A stretch of DNA of 64,000 nt. Origin: Myxococcota bacterium (GTDB lineage: Bacteria; Myxococcota_A; UBA9160; SZUA-336). Positions within the stretch are counted from its first letter, which is position 1, and each line of letters opens with the position of its first letter. Shown in pieces: positions 1-9,028 of the stretch. The notes beneath the pieces are model-generated. The model saw nothing but the letters and a program-made list of their open reading frames with translations. It made no database searches and was not told the origin of the DNA. The position numbers and the translations under genes were made by a program. The stretch lies in assembly GCA_965247115.1 (NCBI GenBank), contig CBDFGR010000003.1, positions 1,120,001-1,184,000 on the forward strand, given 5' to 3'.

Positions 1-160
1 GGGTGCCAATGTCGACCGATATGGTCGTTTCGACCATGAGACCCGTGTTCGAGATGTCCGACGTGAAGCCCGTGCCTTCGATGTCTCCGCGCCAGAACTT
101 CACCGCCAGACGACGTCGCCGGCGCTTGCTCCGCCGGCGCTCCTTGCTTCCAGCCGACAT
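1..160 (-). CDS. PilZ-domain protein, partial (runs off window start)
   Basis: Manual translation from ATG at 160 (RBS GGGGAGG): MSAGSKERRRSKRRRRRLAVKFWRGDIEGTGFTSDISNTGLMVET, with the RxxxR and DISxxG c-di-GMP motifs. Not in the ORF track. Confidence 0.75.
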   Translation of the reverse strand, partial: MSAGSKERRRSKRRRRRLAVKFWRGDIEGTGFTSDISNTGLMVETTISVDIGT

Positions 161-200
161 CCACCTCCCCCGTCCAATTACCTCCGGAAAGCGAGCGGGT

Positions 201-662
201 CTAGCCGTCAAGTCGCCCGGAGATGATCCTCTCGAGTTCTTCGGCCGTACGACGGAAGATCGGTAAGTCGGTCTGGCGGTAGAGGACCTCGCCGTCGGAG
301 CGAATCAAGAAGAGGGAGCGCTTGGTCATTCCGAACAGGCCGGAAGCAGCGTACGCATCGCACACCTTGCGCTCCGGATCAGAGAGAAGCGGGAACGGGA
401 GGTCAAAGGCCTGGGCAAACTTCTCGTGCGATGAGAGAGGCTCGGGGTTGATCGCAAGTACCTGCACACCCAGCTTGGAGAACACACCGAGATTGTCCCG
501 GTAGTCGCAAAGCTGCTTCGTGCAGACGGGCGTCCCATCTCCCGGATAGAAGACGAGCAACACAGCGCCGCTCGCGAGCTTCTCGCTCAGGCGGACTGCC
601 CCACGCGTCGACAGCAGCTCGAACTCTGGAGCCTTATCCCCAACGGCCGGACCTCGCGCCAT
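201..662 (-). CDS. bcp: Peroxiredoxin, BCP/PrxQ type
   Basis: VGDKAPEF, FYPGDGTPVCTKQLC (PxxxTxxCxxxxC), LPFPLLSD. Confidence 0.9.
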   Translation of the reverse strand: MARGPAVGDKAPEFELLSTRGAVRLSEKLASGAVLLVFYPGDGTPVCTKQLCDYRDNLGVFSKLGVQVLAINPEPLSSHEKFAQAFDLPFPLLSDPERKVCDAYAASGLFGMTKRSLFLIRSDGEVLYRQTDLPIFRRTAEELERIISGRLDG

Positions 663-805
663 GCACCTGCTCCTTCGACTCTTCGACAGCTGCTCGCAGG
701 CTAACCGAAGCAGGCATTCCTGGGGGCTCTTTTCCGCTCGAGCATCAATCGCAGCTCACCAGGAACGCCCACGCTCCATGTTCGACAGGAGTCACTCCTA
801 CCGCT

Positions 806-1867
806 CTACGTCGAGCAGCCCCGGGGGCAGTGACCTTGGATCGCGAAGCGCGCCATGTGTGCGGCCCCATAGTCCTGCAACGCCGCGAGGTGATTATGCC
901 CGCGACAGCGGAGCTCGATTCGGTCGATCGAGTGCCGCTTCGCCCTGGCCCACGGGTCGATGTGATGGAACTCGAGAAAATCGCGCGAGCCGCAGCGGCG
1001 ACCATTCGGACCGGCGAACGCACACCGACCCCCGTCCCGCGCGACAACGGCGCGCTTGATCTCCGCCGGAATGTGCCGAGATGCGGTTCCGGGCTTCTTC
1101 GCACTCTTCGACCGACCTCGGGGTCTCGATGTCAGGGCGAACTTCTTCCGCTTCGCGTCCTCGAGCAGCAACGCTAGGGCTCGACCGAAGATCTCCGCGA
1201 GGTCGCCGTCTGGAATTTGGTTGCGGAGCAGCGCCTGCGCCTCACGCAGCTTCCCGCAGAGCGTCTCGCTGCCAGTGAACTGGATCTTGAACCGCTTGCC
1301 GCCGAGCGGGCCCGGGACCGGACTCGGTGCGCGCCGCACCGTAGGCGTGGCGACCCCCTCGCAACTCGTCACCTCGCGCGAAGACTCCGCGATCTCCAAG
1401 GGCATCCGGACCGCAGAGGCCGACCTGGGAACGGGTAGCTTCCTGACCTGCCCAGGCACATCCGGGTTCGGAGCGCGGTCCGCAAGGAGCTCTTCGATCG
1501 CACGCTTGCTCTTGTGGCGCGCCAGGTCGAGCAGCTCCCCGTGGTTCTCCGGAGTGAGCCTGGGAGCGAGCAGGTTCGCTCCCGCCAGATGAAGCGCGCC
1601 CTCGCGAATTCGCTCGAGCAGGAGCGGATATGAGCGCGCAGCTCGCGCGGCGCCAATCCGGTGAAACGCCGTCGCCTCCGAGAAGTGGAGCACCTCGGTG
1701 CAGTAGCGATACATCGAGGAGTAGCCCTGTTCGAGATAGAGCTTGCGCTGGTCGACCTCCGCAAGATACCCGAGCAGATCCGCCTCGTCCTGGCGACTCT
1801 TCGCTACCAGCTCGTCGAGGCCTCGAAGCAGCTTGTGGTCGGAAACGGTATTGAGAGAAATCTTCAT
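806..1867 (-). CDS. HNH endonuclease with DUF222-like helical N-terminus
   Basis: SRHIPAEIKRAVVARDGGRC...C...LEFHHIDPWA...LRCRGHN; N-terminal LAEVDQRKLYLEQGYSSMYRYC. Confidence 0.85.
   Translation of the reverse strand: MKISLNTVSDHKLLRGLDELVAKSRQDEADLLGYLAEVDQRKLYLEQGYSSMYRYCTEVLHFSEATAFHRIGAARAARSYPLLLERIREGALHLAGANLLAPRLTPENHGELLDLARHKSKRAIEELLADRAPNPDVPGQVRKLPVPRSASAVRMPLEIAESSREVTSCEGVATPTVRRAPSPVPGPLGGKRFKIQFTGSETLCGKLREAQALLRNQIPDGDLAEIFGRALALLLEDAKRKKFALTSRPRGRSKSAKKPGTASRHIPAEIKRAVVARDGGRCAFAGPNGRRCGSRDFLEFHHIDPWARAKRHSIDRIELRCRGHNHLAALQDYGAAHMARFAIQGHCPRGCST
815..831. repeat. Imperfect copy of GC palindrome at the 3' end of the HNH gene
   Basis: GCAGCCCCGGGGGCAGT shares CCCCGGGGGCAGT with the copy at 2126-2143. 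Confidence 0.7.
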
Positions 1868-2125
1868 CGGTGTCTTTTCATTCGGGACCGAGGGGGGTGA
1901 GGTCCAAACGATAGCACGACGTATTTCGGTGTCGGAGGATCCGCCACGCTGAGAGATCGGGCGCGCTTACACTTCGGGAACGGAACTCGCCCGAACGACT
2001 TGCAGAGAGGCATCACTGTCTCGACGGATGAGTCTCTGGTTCAAAGCTCGGTACGATTCGGTTGAGCCTACGAAAGCTGTCAAGAGCTATCTTGCTCTTC
2101 TCGCAAAGAAACCTCGCGCTGGGGA

Positions 2126-2143
2126 ACTGCCCCCGGGGGCAGT
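2126..2143. repeat. Perfect 18-bp palindrome upstream of the HNH gene
   Basis: ACTGCCCCCGGGGGCAGT is its own reverse complement. Confidence 0.85.
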
Positions 2144-2280
2144 CGCAGATGACGGCGACGTAGAACGGGAATCCATCGCTGCGAGACGCACTGCGCCTGG
2201 ACCGGGCCGCGGAGGGGATCTCGAGACGCTACCACCTGACCCCGAACGAAACCAAGTCGGCACGCGGCCCCCCTGCAAGC

Positions 2281-2364
2281 GCGCCGAAGGCGCCGCGCGC
2301 AGCGAAGGGCGTAGCCCTGAGCGGAGGTGGGTGGGCCGCGGACGCCCGCGGCCCGGGTCCCACC
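2281..2364. repeat. REP-like multi-hairpin intergenic element
   Basis: GCGCC-GAA-GGCGC (2281-2293), GGGC-GTA-GCCC (2307-2317), GGGCCGCGG-ACGC-CCGCGGCCC (2333-2354) enclosed by GGTGGG/CCCACC. Confidence 0.55.
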
Positions 2365-2501
2365 AGGACTGGCGCAGCTGACGCCAACGTCGCGTCCCGT
2401 CCCGGCGGAGCGCTGAATCTCTTCCGTGATCTACCGATAAGACGACGACCGTCTCCAAACCCCATCTGTCACCGGGCCACGCCAGCCCCGCGAGAGGGAA
2501 G

Positions 2502-5500
2502 ATGTCCGACACTCACGACCTGCAAACCGCCAAAGAGCGGGTAGAGCGGGTATTCCGCTACCTCATGGAGATGCATCAGGTGAGGACCCCACCGGTCGTC
2601 CGGCTCGACGACCGAGAGTGGATCCTCAGGATCGACGACATACCGGAATCGGCGTACCTGCTCAAAGGCTACGATCCGGTCGACGAGAACGCGACTGCAT
2701 TTACGCGATCCCCTGGCGACTTCCTCATCAAGGTCGGGCGGCCAAAGGAAACCGAGTGCCCGGAGCCCTCGGTGGTCATCAAGAACTGGCTCCGCGCCGG
2801 CTGGGATGACGTGGACACGGATCCGGAGTCGATCGCACGCAAGACTCGCAAGAGCTCCACGGGGAGCGAGGAATCCTTCTCGGACTCGGAGGACCGAGTC
2901 GAGGCTCTGGCAGAGTTCCTCGAGGCAAAGAAGTCATGGGCCAGCGAGGAGCGGGGGGCCATCGATGCCCTCGGCGTCTTCTCGGAACTCTTCGAGCTGC
3001 ACGTGAAGCTGCAGCGTGAAGCGGAGAAGTACCAGCTCTTTCTCGGAGACGGGATTCTGGTGTTGGACCACCCTGCAGGGAAGGTGCACCACCCCACCCT
3101 GCTCCAGCGAGTCGAGCTCAAGTTCGATGCAGGCATTCCGGAATTCACGATCGTCGAGACCGACAGTCCGGAGGTCTACACACCGCTTCTCCGACACGTG
3201 GACATCGCCGGGAAGGCCATCCGCGCGCTCAGCGATACCCTCGCGGGCATGGACTTCCACCCGCTTGGGGGCGAGTCTACGAGCCAGTTCCTGAAGGACT
3301 TCGTCCAGCGCTTCTGGACGAACGGTCAGTACTTCGAGAACGAGCTCGAGGTCGAGAGCCCGAGTGGCCCGTATCTCTACCGGCAGCCACAGCTGTACCT
3401 CGGCTACCGGAATTACGGTCTGGGGGACAACATCGCGCGCTATCTCGACACGATCCCGGACCTGACCGAGCTCCCGGAGTCTTTGTATCGCGTCGTCGGC
3501 ATCGACACGGGCCGATCGGCCGAGCGGGCGGAGGATGCGAACCCGACGGACGTCCTGCTCACGAAGCACGCGAACAGGGAGCAGGAGCAGGTCATCCGCC
3601 GGCTGGAGGAAACCGGCGCGGTGATCGTCCAGGGTCCCCCCGGGACCGGCAAGAGCCACACGATCGCGAACCTCATCGGCCACCTCCTGGCTCAGAACAA
3701 GAGCATCCTCGTGACGAGCCACGCCTCGAAGGCCCTGCGCGTGGTCCGCCAGCAGCTCGCAAAGCCGCTCCAGTCGCTCTGCGTGAGTGTGTTGGAGAGC
3801 GACGAGGAGAGCAGCCGCCAGCTCGAGGAGTCGATCACCGGCATCGTCAACTATCTGGCATCGACCGGTGAGAACAAGCTCACGAAGGATATCGAGCGGC
3901 TGACCGAAGCGCGCGAGACGCTCAGTCGCGAACAGAAGGAGCTGCGCGTCCGACTGCTCGAAGCCGTCAAGGGCGAGTACCGGGAGCTTGAGGTTCTGGG
4001 CGAGAGCGTCACGCCTGCCGAAGCGGCGCGGAAGATGGCAGAGCTCGCGGGAACGGACGACTGGATTCCCGGACCGTTGCCCGAGGGTGCGGATCCGCCA
4101 CTCTCGAGCTCCGAGATCCACGAGCTCTACGCGCTGAACGCGAAGCTCACTGCCGAGGACGAGAACGTCCTACACTCCGAGCTTCTGGACCTCGGAGCGT
4201 TTCCAAGCGCAAAGGACTTTGCAGCGCTCTACGACGAGCTCTCGGAGCTCGACCGGATGAGCCTCAAGACCGGCGCAGAGTTCTGGCTCAACGACGATCA
4301 GAACACGGCCACACTGCGCGAGCTGCTGCAGGCGCTGACGCACGCGGGGGAGACCCTCGCCGCGGACGCTGCGGGAGAGCTTCTCGAGAGCGACGCCGAC
4401 TGGATCCGCGACTGCCTCGAGGCCGGCCGTGTGGGTGGAGAGCGCGCTCAGTCATGGCGCGAGCTGCGCGAGCTGATCGAGGCCTGCAGCAGCGACACGG
4501 CGGACAAGGAGCCGCTCACGCTGGAATACGGGCCGAGTGTCGAGGGCGACATACCGCAGAGCGAGCTCGCCGAGACGTGTAGGGCCATCCTGAAGCACTT
4601 CGAATCAGGCAGGGAGCTCTCGAAGCTCGCTCTGATCAGGCACCCGGAGTGGGGCGATCTGATCGCCTCCACGCGCGTCGACACCGGCGCCCCGGCGGAG
4701 GCCCTGCACTTCCAGGCGATCCTGCACCATCTGGAGATTCGCGCCTGGCGCGACCGCCTGGGGCAGCGCTGGGACCGGCAGATGCTTCCCTTCGGCCTCC
4801 CCGAGTTTGCCGCGCTCGGTCCGGCGCCCGAGCGGGAGGCCCGGCGTTACGCCGAGGGCATCGCGCTGGCACTGACGTGGCACCCCGAGATCTGGTCGAC
4901 GTGCGAGTCCAAGCTCGAAGAAGCAGGACTCGACTGGACGCGGCTCTCGAGGAAGACCGCCAGCCGTGCGTCGCGCAAGAGCGAGCTCCAGCGAACGCGC
5001 GAGCTCACCACCGAACGCATTGAGCCCCTGATCGAAGCCAGGATCGGCTTCCTGCGCAAGAAGAGCCTCGAAGCGCGGAAGGGGTACTGGCTGGGCGAGC
5101 TCGAGCCCTTCTCCAAGAAGGACGCCATCTACCCACTGACCAAGCAGCTCGCGACGGGGATCAAGAAGGGCAACTACGACACGTACAGCGTCGCGAGAGA
5201 CCGGCTCGAGCAGCTGATGGAGCTGCGACCGAGCTTCGCACGGCGCGAGGAGCTGCTTGACGGACTGGCCGCCGTGGCGCCGGGCTGGGCGAGCGCTGTC
5301 CGCGAGCGGCATGCACCCCACGCCGACGGCGCAGCGCCGGGTGATGTCGAAGGGGCATGGCGCTACCGCCAGTGGGAGCAGCACCTCGCCCGCCAGGCAG
5401 CGCTGGATCTCGACGAGCTGCAGGAGCAGCTCGACCTGGTGACCGACAAGCTGATCGGGGTCACGGCAGACTACGTCGAGAAGCTCTCCTGGCAAGCGCA

Positions 5501-7061
5501 GCTGCGGCGGACCGGTCTGAAGCAGCAGCAAGCGCTCAACGGCTGGCTCGGGCTCCACAAGAAGATCGGCAAGGGCACCGGAAAGCACGTCCCGCGGCTC
5601 AAGGAAGAGGCCAGGCGCACCCTGGTAGAGTGCCGCACCGCGGTTCCCGTCTGGATCATGCCGCTCTCGAGGGTGGTCGAATCCTTTGACCTCGCGACCA
5701 CGCGCTTCGACGTCGTCATCATCGACGAGGCCAGCCAGAGTGACGTCATGGGTCTCGTGGCCTTCGCGCTCGGCAAGGAAGTCGTCGTCGTCGGTGATCA
5801 CGAGCAGGTGAGCCCCTATGCCATCGGCCAGCGCGGGGAGCGGATCCACGCGCTGATTGACGAGATTCTGAGGGAGATACCGAACAAGCAGCTCTACGAC
5901 GGCAAAACCTCCGTCTACGACCTGGCACGTCAGTCGTTCGGTGCCACGATCCGCCTGGTGGAGCACTTCCGCTGTGTTCCCGACATCATCCAGTTCAGCA
6001 ACCAGCTCTGCTACGGTGGCGAGATCCGGGCACTGCGCGAGGCCTCTTCCGGTCGCGTCTACCCCCACCTGATTGCGCATCGGGTCGAGAACGGGACCAA
6101 CTCCAACGGGGTCAACAAGGCCGAGGCGCTCGAGATCGCGGCGCTCGTCTCGGCGATCTGCCGCCTCGACGAATACAAGGATTCCACGATCGGCGTCATC
6201 TGCCTGGTCGGAACGGATCAGGCGCTCTATATCGACTCGCTGCTGCGGATGCGCCTGACCGTCTCCGAGTACCAGAAGAGACGCATTCTGTGCGGCAACG
6301 CCTCGCAGTTTCAGGGCGATGAGCGGGACATAATCCTGCTCTCCATCGTGAACTCGCCCTCAAAGCGTCCCCTCATGCTGCGGCAACGGGACGATGCCAA
6401 GAAAGTCTTCAACGTGGCGGCCAGCCGAGCACGGGACCAGCTCTGGGTCGTGCACTCCCTCGATCCTGGCCGTGACCTGAAACACGGCGACTTGCGGCTG
6501 CGGCTCATCTCGCACGCCGAGAACCCTGAGGCCTTGCGTGCAAAACCGATCGAAGAAAAGAAGCGGTTCAACTCTGAACTCGAGAAACGGGTGTTCCAGG
6601 GTCTCAAGAACGCAGGACATCGCCTGACGCACCGCTACCAGGTAGGGGAGTACACGATCGACCTCGTCGTCGAGGGCGAGGAGGGGAAACGCGTCGCCGT
6701 TCAATGCGACGGAGATCGTACTCAGACGATGGAGGCGCTGACGGAGGAAATGGACCGCCAGCTGACCCTGGAGAGGCTGGGCTGGGAGTTTATCCGTGTG
6801 CGCGGAACCGAGTTCTTCAGCGATCCGGCGCGTGTGCAGAAGAAGTTGACGAAGCGGCTGGCGGAGCTCGAGATCCGTCCTCGAAGAGCGGCGGCGAAGG
6901 GCGAGCGGAGCAAGGAGGAGCCTCTCGATGTCCGCGTCGTCAAGCGCGCGGAGATGATCCGGAGCCGCTGGAAGGACATCCCGACGGTGACCTCGATACG
7001 CAGAAAGGCGGCAGTCCGCGCCGAAGACACTTCTGGCGCCGAGGAGGCCTCTGAGGAGTAG
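2502..7061 (+). CDS. Large SF1 (UPF1/DNA2-like) helicase with C-terminal Vsr/DUF559-like nuclease-fold domain
   Basis: GPPGTGKSHT, IIDEASQ, GDHEQ, EHFRC, FQGDERD, NVAASRARD; C-terminal SELEKRVF...IDLVV...QCDG...LERLGWEFIRV. Confidence 0.88.
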   Translation: MSDTHDLQTAKERVERVFRYLMEMHQVRTPPVVRLDDREWILRIDDIPESAYLLKGYDPVDENATAFTRSPGDFLIKVGRPKETECPEPSVVIKNWLRAGWDDVDTDPESIARKTRKSSTGSEESFSDSEDRVEALAEFLEAKKSWASEERGAIDALGVFSELFELHVKLQREAEKYQLFLGDGILVLDHPAGKVHHPTLLQRVELKFDAGIPEFTIVETDSPEVYTPLLRHVDIAGKAIRALSDTLAGMDFHPLGGESTSQFLKDFVQRFWTNGQYFENELEVESPSGPYLYRQPQLYLGYRNYGLGDNIARYLDTIPDLTELPESLYRVVGIDTGRSAERAEDANPTDVLLTKHANREQEQVIRRLEETGAVIVQGPPGTGKSHTIANLIGHLLAQNKSILVTSHASKALRVVRQQLAKPLQSLCVSVLESDEESSRQLEESITGIVNYLASTGENKLTKDIERLTEARETLSREQKELRVRLLEAVKGEYRELEVLGESVTPAEAARKMAELAGTDDWIPGPLPEGADPPLSSSEIHELYALNAKLTAEDENVLHSELLDLGAFPSAKDFAALYDELSELDRMSLKTGAEFWLNDDQNTATLRELLQALTHAGETLAADAAGELLESDADWIRDCLEAGRVGGERAQSWRELRELIEACSSDTADKEPLTLEYGPSVEGDIPQSELAETCRAILKHFESGRELSKLALIRHPEWGDLIASTRVDTGAPAEALHFQAILHHLEIRAWRDRLGQRWDRQMLPFGLPEFAALGPAPEREARRYAEGIALALTWHPEIWSTCESKLEEAGLDWTRLSRKTASRASRKSELQRTRELTTERIEPLIEARIGFLRKKSLEARKGYWLGELEPFSKKDAIYPLTKQLATGIKKGNYDTYSVARDRLEQLMELRPSFARREELLDGLAAVAPGWASAVRERHAPHADGAAPGDVEGAWRYRQWEQHLARQAALDLDELQEQLDLVTDKLIGVTADYVEKLSWQAQLRRTGLKQQQALNGWLGLHKKIGKGTGKHVPRLKEEARRTLVECRTAVPVWIMPLSRVVESFDLATTRFDVVIIDEASQSDVMGLVAFALGKEVVVVGDHEQVSPYAIGQRGERIHALIDEILREIPNKQLYDGKTSVYDLARQSFGATIRLVEHFRCVPDIIQFSNQLCYGGEIRALREASSGRVYPHLIAHRVENGTNSNGVNKAEALEIAALVSAICRLDEYKDSTIGVICLVGTDQALYIDSLLRMRLTVSEYQKRRILCGNASQFQGDERDIILLSIVNSPSKRPLMLRQRDDAKKVFNVAASRARDQLWVVHSLDPGRDLKHGDLRLRLISHAENPEALRAKPIEEKKRFNSELEKRVFQGLKNAGHRLTHRYQVGEYTIDLVVEGEEGKRVAVQCDGDRTQTMEALTEEMDRQLTLERLGWEFIRVRGTEFFSDPARVQKKLTKRLAELEIRPRRAAAKGERSKEEPLDVRVVKRAEMIRSRWKDIPTVTSIRRKAAVRAEDTSGAEEASEE

Positions 7062-7132
7062 CTCGAGAGCCTGTCCACAAACAGACTCCTTCACGGTAAG
7101 ATCGGTGTATTTCCGACGTGGAGGAGAGCCGC

Positions 7133-7687
7133 ATGGCGGACAAACCGAGCTACCTGGGATTGCTGAACGAGATTGCCCTCGGGGAAGGTCGCGCCTATCG
7201 CTATCTGCGCGCCTGGGCCGAGAAGACGGACGATCCCGATGTCCGCCAGGTGCTCGAGACCGTCGCGATCCGCGAGGGCGAGCACTCGTTGGCCTTCGAG
7301 AAGCGCCTCTGCGAGCTCGGCTTCTCGGTGCTCGAGAAGTCCGACCCGAACTTCGAGAAGACACTCGACCTGGTCACTTCCGAGAAGAGCGACCTGGAGA
7401 AATTCGAGGGCCTGGGGCTCGGAAAGGAGCGGGGCGAGGACCCCTTCTCGGGGTTCTTCGAGGACCAGACCATCGACATTCAGACTGGCGAGCTGCTGGG
7501 GCGCTTCATCGCCGAAGAGCGCGACAGCGGCAGGCTCTTGCGCGGCTGCTACGAGGAGCTCAAAGGGCGAGCGGAGGCGCCCTCCCCCGGACTCTCGGAT
7601 CAACTACGTCAGATCTCGAGCTGCCTCGATTCCGTCACGACAGGGCTGGAGCAGCTCCGACGCGAGGTCGCCACTCTCCGCGACTGA
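7133..7687 (+). CDS. Ferritin-like domain protein
   Basis: EIALGE...REGEH...EERDS carboxylate/His pattern; RBS GAGGAG before ATG 7133. Confidence 0.65.
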   Translation: MADKPSYLGLLNEIALGEGRAYRYLRAWAEKTDDPDVRQVLETVAIREGEHSLAFEKRLCELGFSVLEKSDPNFEKTLDLVTSEKSDLEKFEGLGLGKERGEDPFSGFFEDQTIDIQTGELLGRFIAEERDSGRLLRGCYEELKGRAEAPSPGLSDQLRQISSCLDSVTTGLEQLRREVATLRD

Positions 7688-7713
7688 CTCGACCAAGCCT
7701 CCAACACCGGATT

Positions 7714-8085
7714 CTATCGATCTGACCAGGCGAGTCCCTTCAGGTAGTTTCGGATGCGTCGACTGTCCGCACGGGAGATGTCGCTGAACTCGACTCCGAA
7801 GAACTCGTCCACGCTCTTGGTGCGGTGCGCGATGCGCCCTCGCGCCAGGAAGGGACGCTCTCCGGGAAGCGTGATCACCAGATCGACGGCATCGTCGAGC
7901 CGACAACCCTCGAAGCGGTGGGGAACGTAGACGCCCACTCCCCTGGCGGAGATGTCGCGTACGGCGAGAACATCCAGGAAGCCAGTCCCCATGATCTGCA
8001 CCGTGACGGGCTGATCGGGACTCGGCTGAGCGCGCTTGGGCGGACGGCGAAACACTCCTCTACCTCCGAGCGCAGGACGCCGCAC
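7714..8085 (-). CDS. PilZ-domain protein (start uncertain)
   Basis: VRDISARGVGV, ARGRIAH, FFGVEF typical of PilZ. Confidence 0.75.
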   Translation of the reverse strand: MRRPALGGRGVFRRPPKRAQPSPDQPVTVQIMGTGFLDVLAVRDISARGVGVYVPHRFEGCRLDDAVDLVITLPGERPFLARGRIAHRTKSVDEFFGVEFSDISRADSRRIRNYLKGLAWSDR

Positions 8086-8214
8086 CTGTATTCGGAGGCA
8101 AGCCTGTCCAACCTGAGCCTGACGGAGCCAGTCATTTACACCTGCAAGTACGCATCCGGTACACTGCCGAGGGTGGTCGAGACAAGCATCACGAAATCCA
8201 GGAGAGAGCTTCGG

Positions 8215-8973
8215 ATGAGATCAATTCGCATCGCAACGTCGGTCGCACTGCTCCTCAGCGCGAGTGCTCTCGGATCCGCACGCGCGGACTCCCATGGATC
8301 CTCGGCTGCTCTCAGTAGGGCGCTCGCCGATACGTCCCGCTCCGAAGTGGACCGGAACCGAGACGCGGGCCGGAAACCCGCCGACGTCATTCGCTTTCTG
8401 GGCATCGAAGAGGGGATGCACGTCATCGATCTGATCGCCGCGAGCGGCTACTACACCGAGGTCCTTTCTCGTGCTGTGGGTCCTACCGGCACGGTGTACG
8501 CGCAGAACCCTCCGTCCGTGTTGCAATACCGTGATGGCGCAGCCGACAAGGCCATGTCGGTCCGCCTCGCGGACAGCAGATTGGCAAACGTGATGCGAGT
8601 GGACCGGGAGATGTCGGACACCGGATTGAAGCCCGATTCGCTCGACGCTGCCATCACCGCGCTGAACTTTCACGACATCTACAACGACGATCCGGCCGCA
8701 GCCGCGTCCTTTCTCAAGGCGGTGCGCATGCATCTCAAGCCGGGCGGCGTGCTCGGCGTCATCGACCACTTCGGAAGCGCGGGGGCGGACAACGCGAAGC
8801 TCCATCGCATCGAGGAGCAGCTGGTCATCGATGCCGTCGAAGCAGCAGGATTCGTGGTGGAAGACACGAGCGACGTGCTCCGAAACCCATCCGACGACCG
8901 GACCACGGGAGTCTTCGACCCCAGCGTGCGCGGAAAGACGGACCGCTTCGTCCTGAAGCTGCGCAGCCCATAG
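8215..8973 (+). CDS. Exported class I SAM-dependent methyltransferase-like protein (COG4798 type)
   Basis: Signal peptide; RDAGRKPADVIRFLGI, GYYTE, LKPGGVLGVIDH, RGKTDRFVLK. Confidence 0.8.
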   Translation: MRSIRIATSVALLLSASALGSARADSHGSSAALSRALADTSRSEVDRNRDAGRKPADVIRFLGIEEGMHVIDLIAASGYYTEVLSRAVGPTGTVYAQNPPSVLQYRDGAADKAMSVRLADSRLANVMRVDREMSDTGLKPDSLDAAITALNFHDIYNDDPAAAASFLKAVRMHLKPGGVLGVIDHFGSAGADNAKLHRIEEQLVIDAVEAAGFVVEDTSDVLRNPSDDRTTGVFDPSVRGKTDRFVLKLRSP

Positions 8974-9028
8974 CCCGACTCCTCTCGCTGCCCCGATTCA
9001 GATAGAATGGCGAGAGGAGGAGAGCCTC

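Noticed and set aside
3..266. Arg-rich plus-strand ORF
   Set aside because: Antisense shadow of the PilZ and peroxiredoxin genes, which have clear motifs.
2934..6080. Long minus-strand ORFs (395 and 491 aa) inside the helicase
   Set aside because: Typical high-GC antisense shadows with no motifs; the same applies to most overlapping ORFs in the track.
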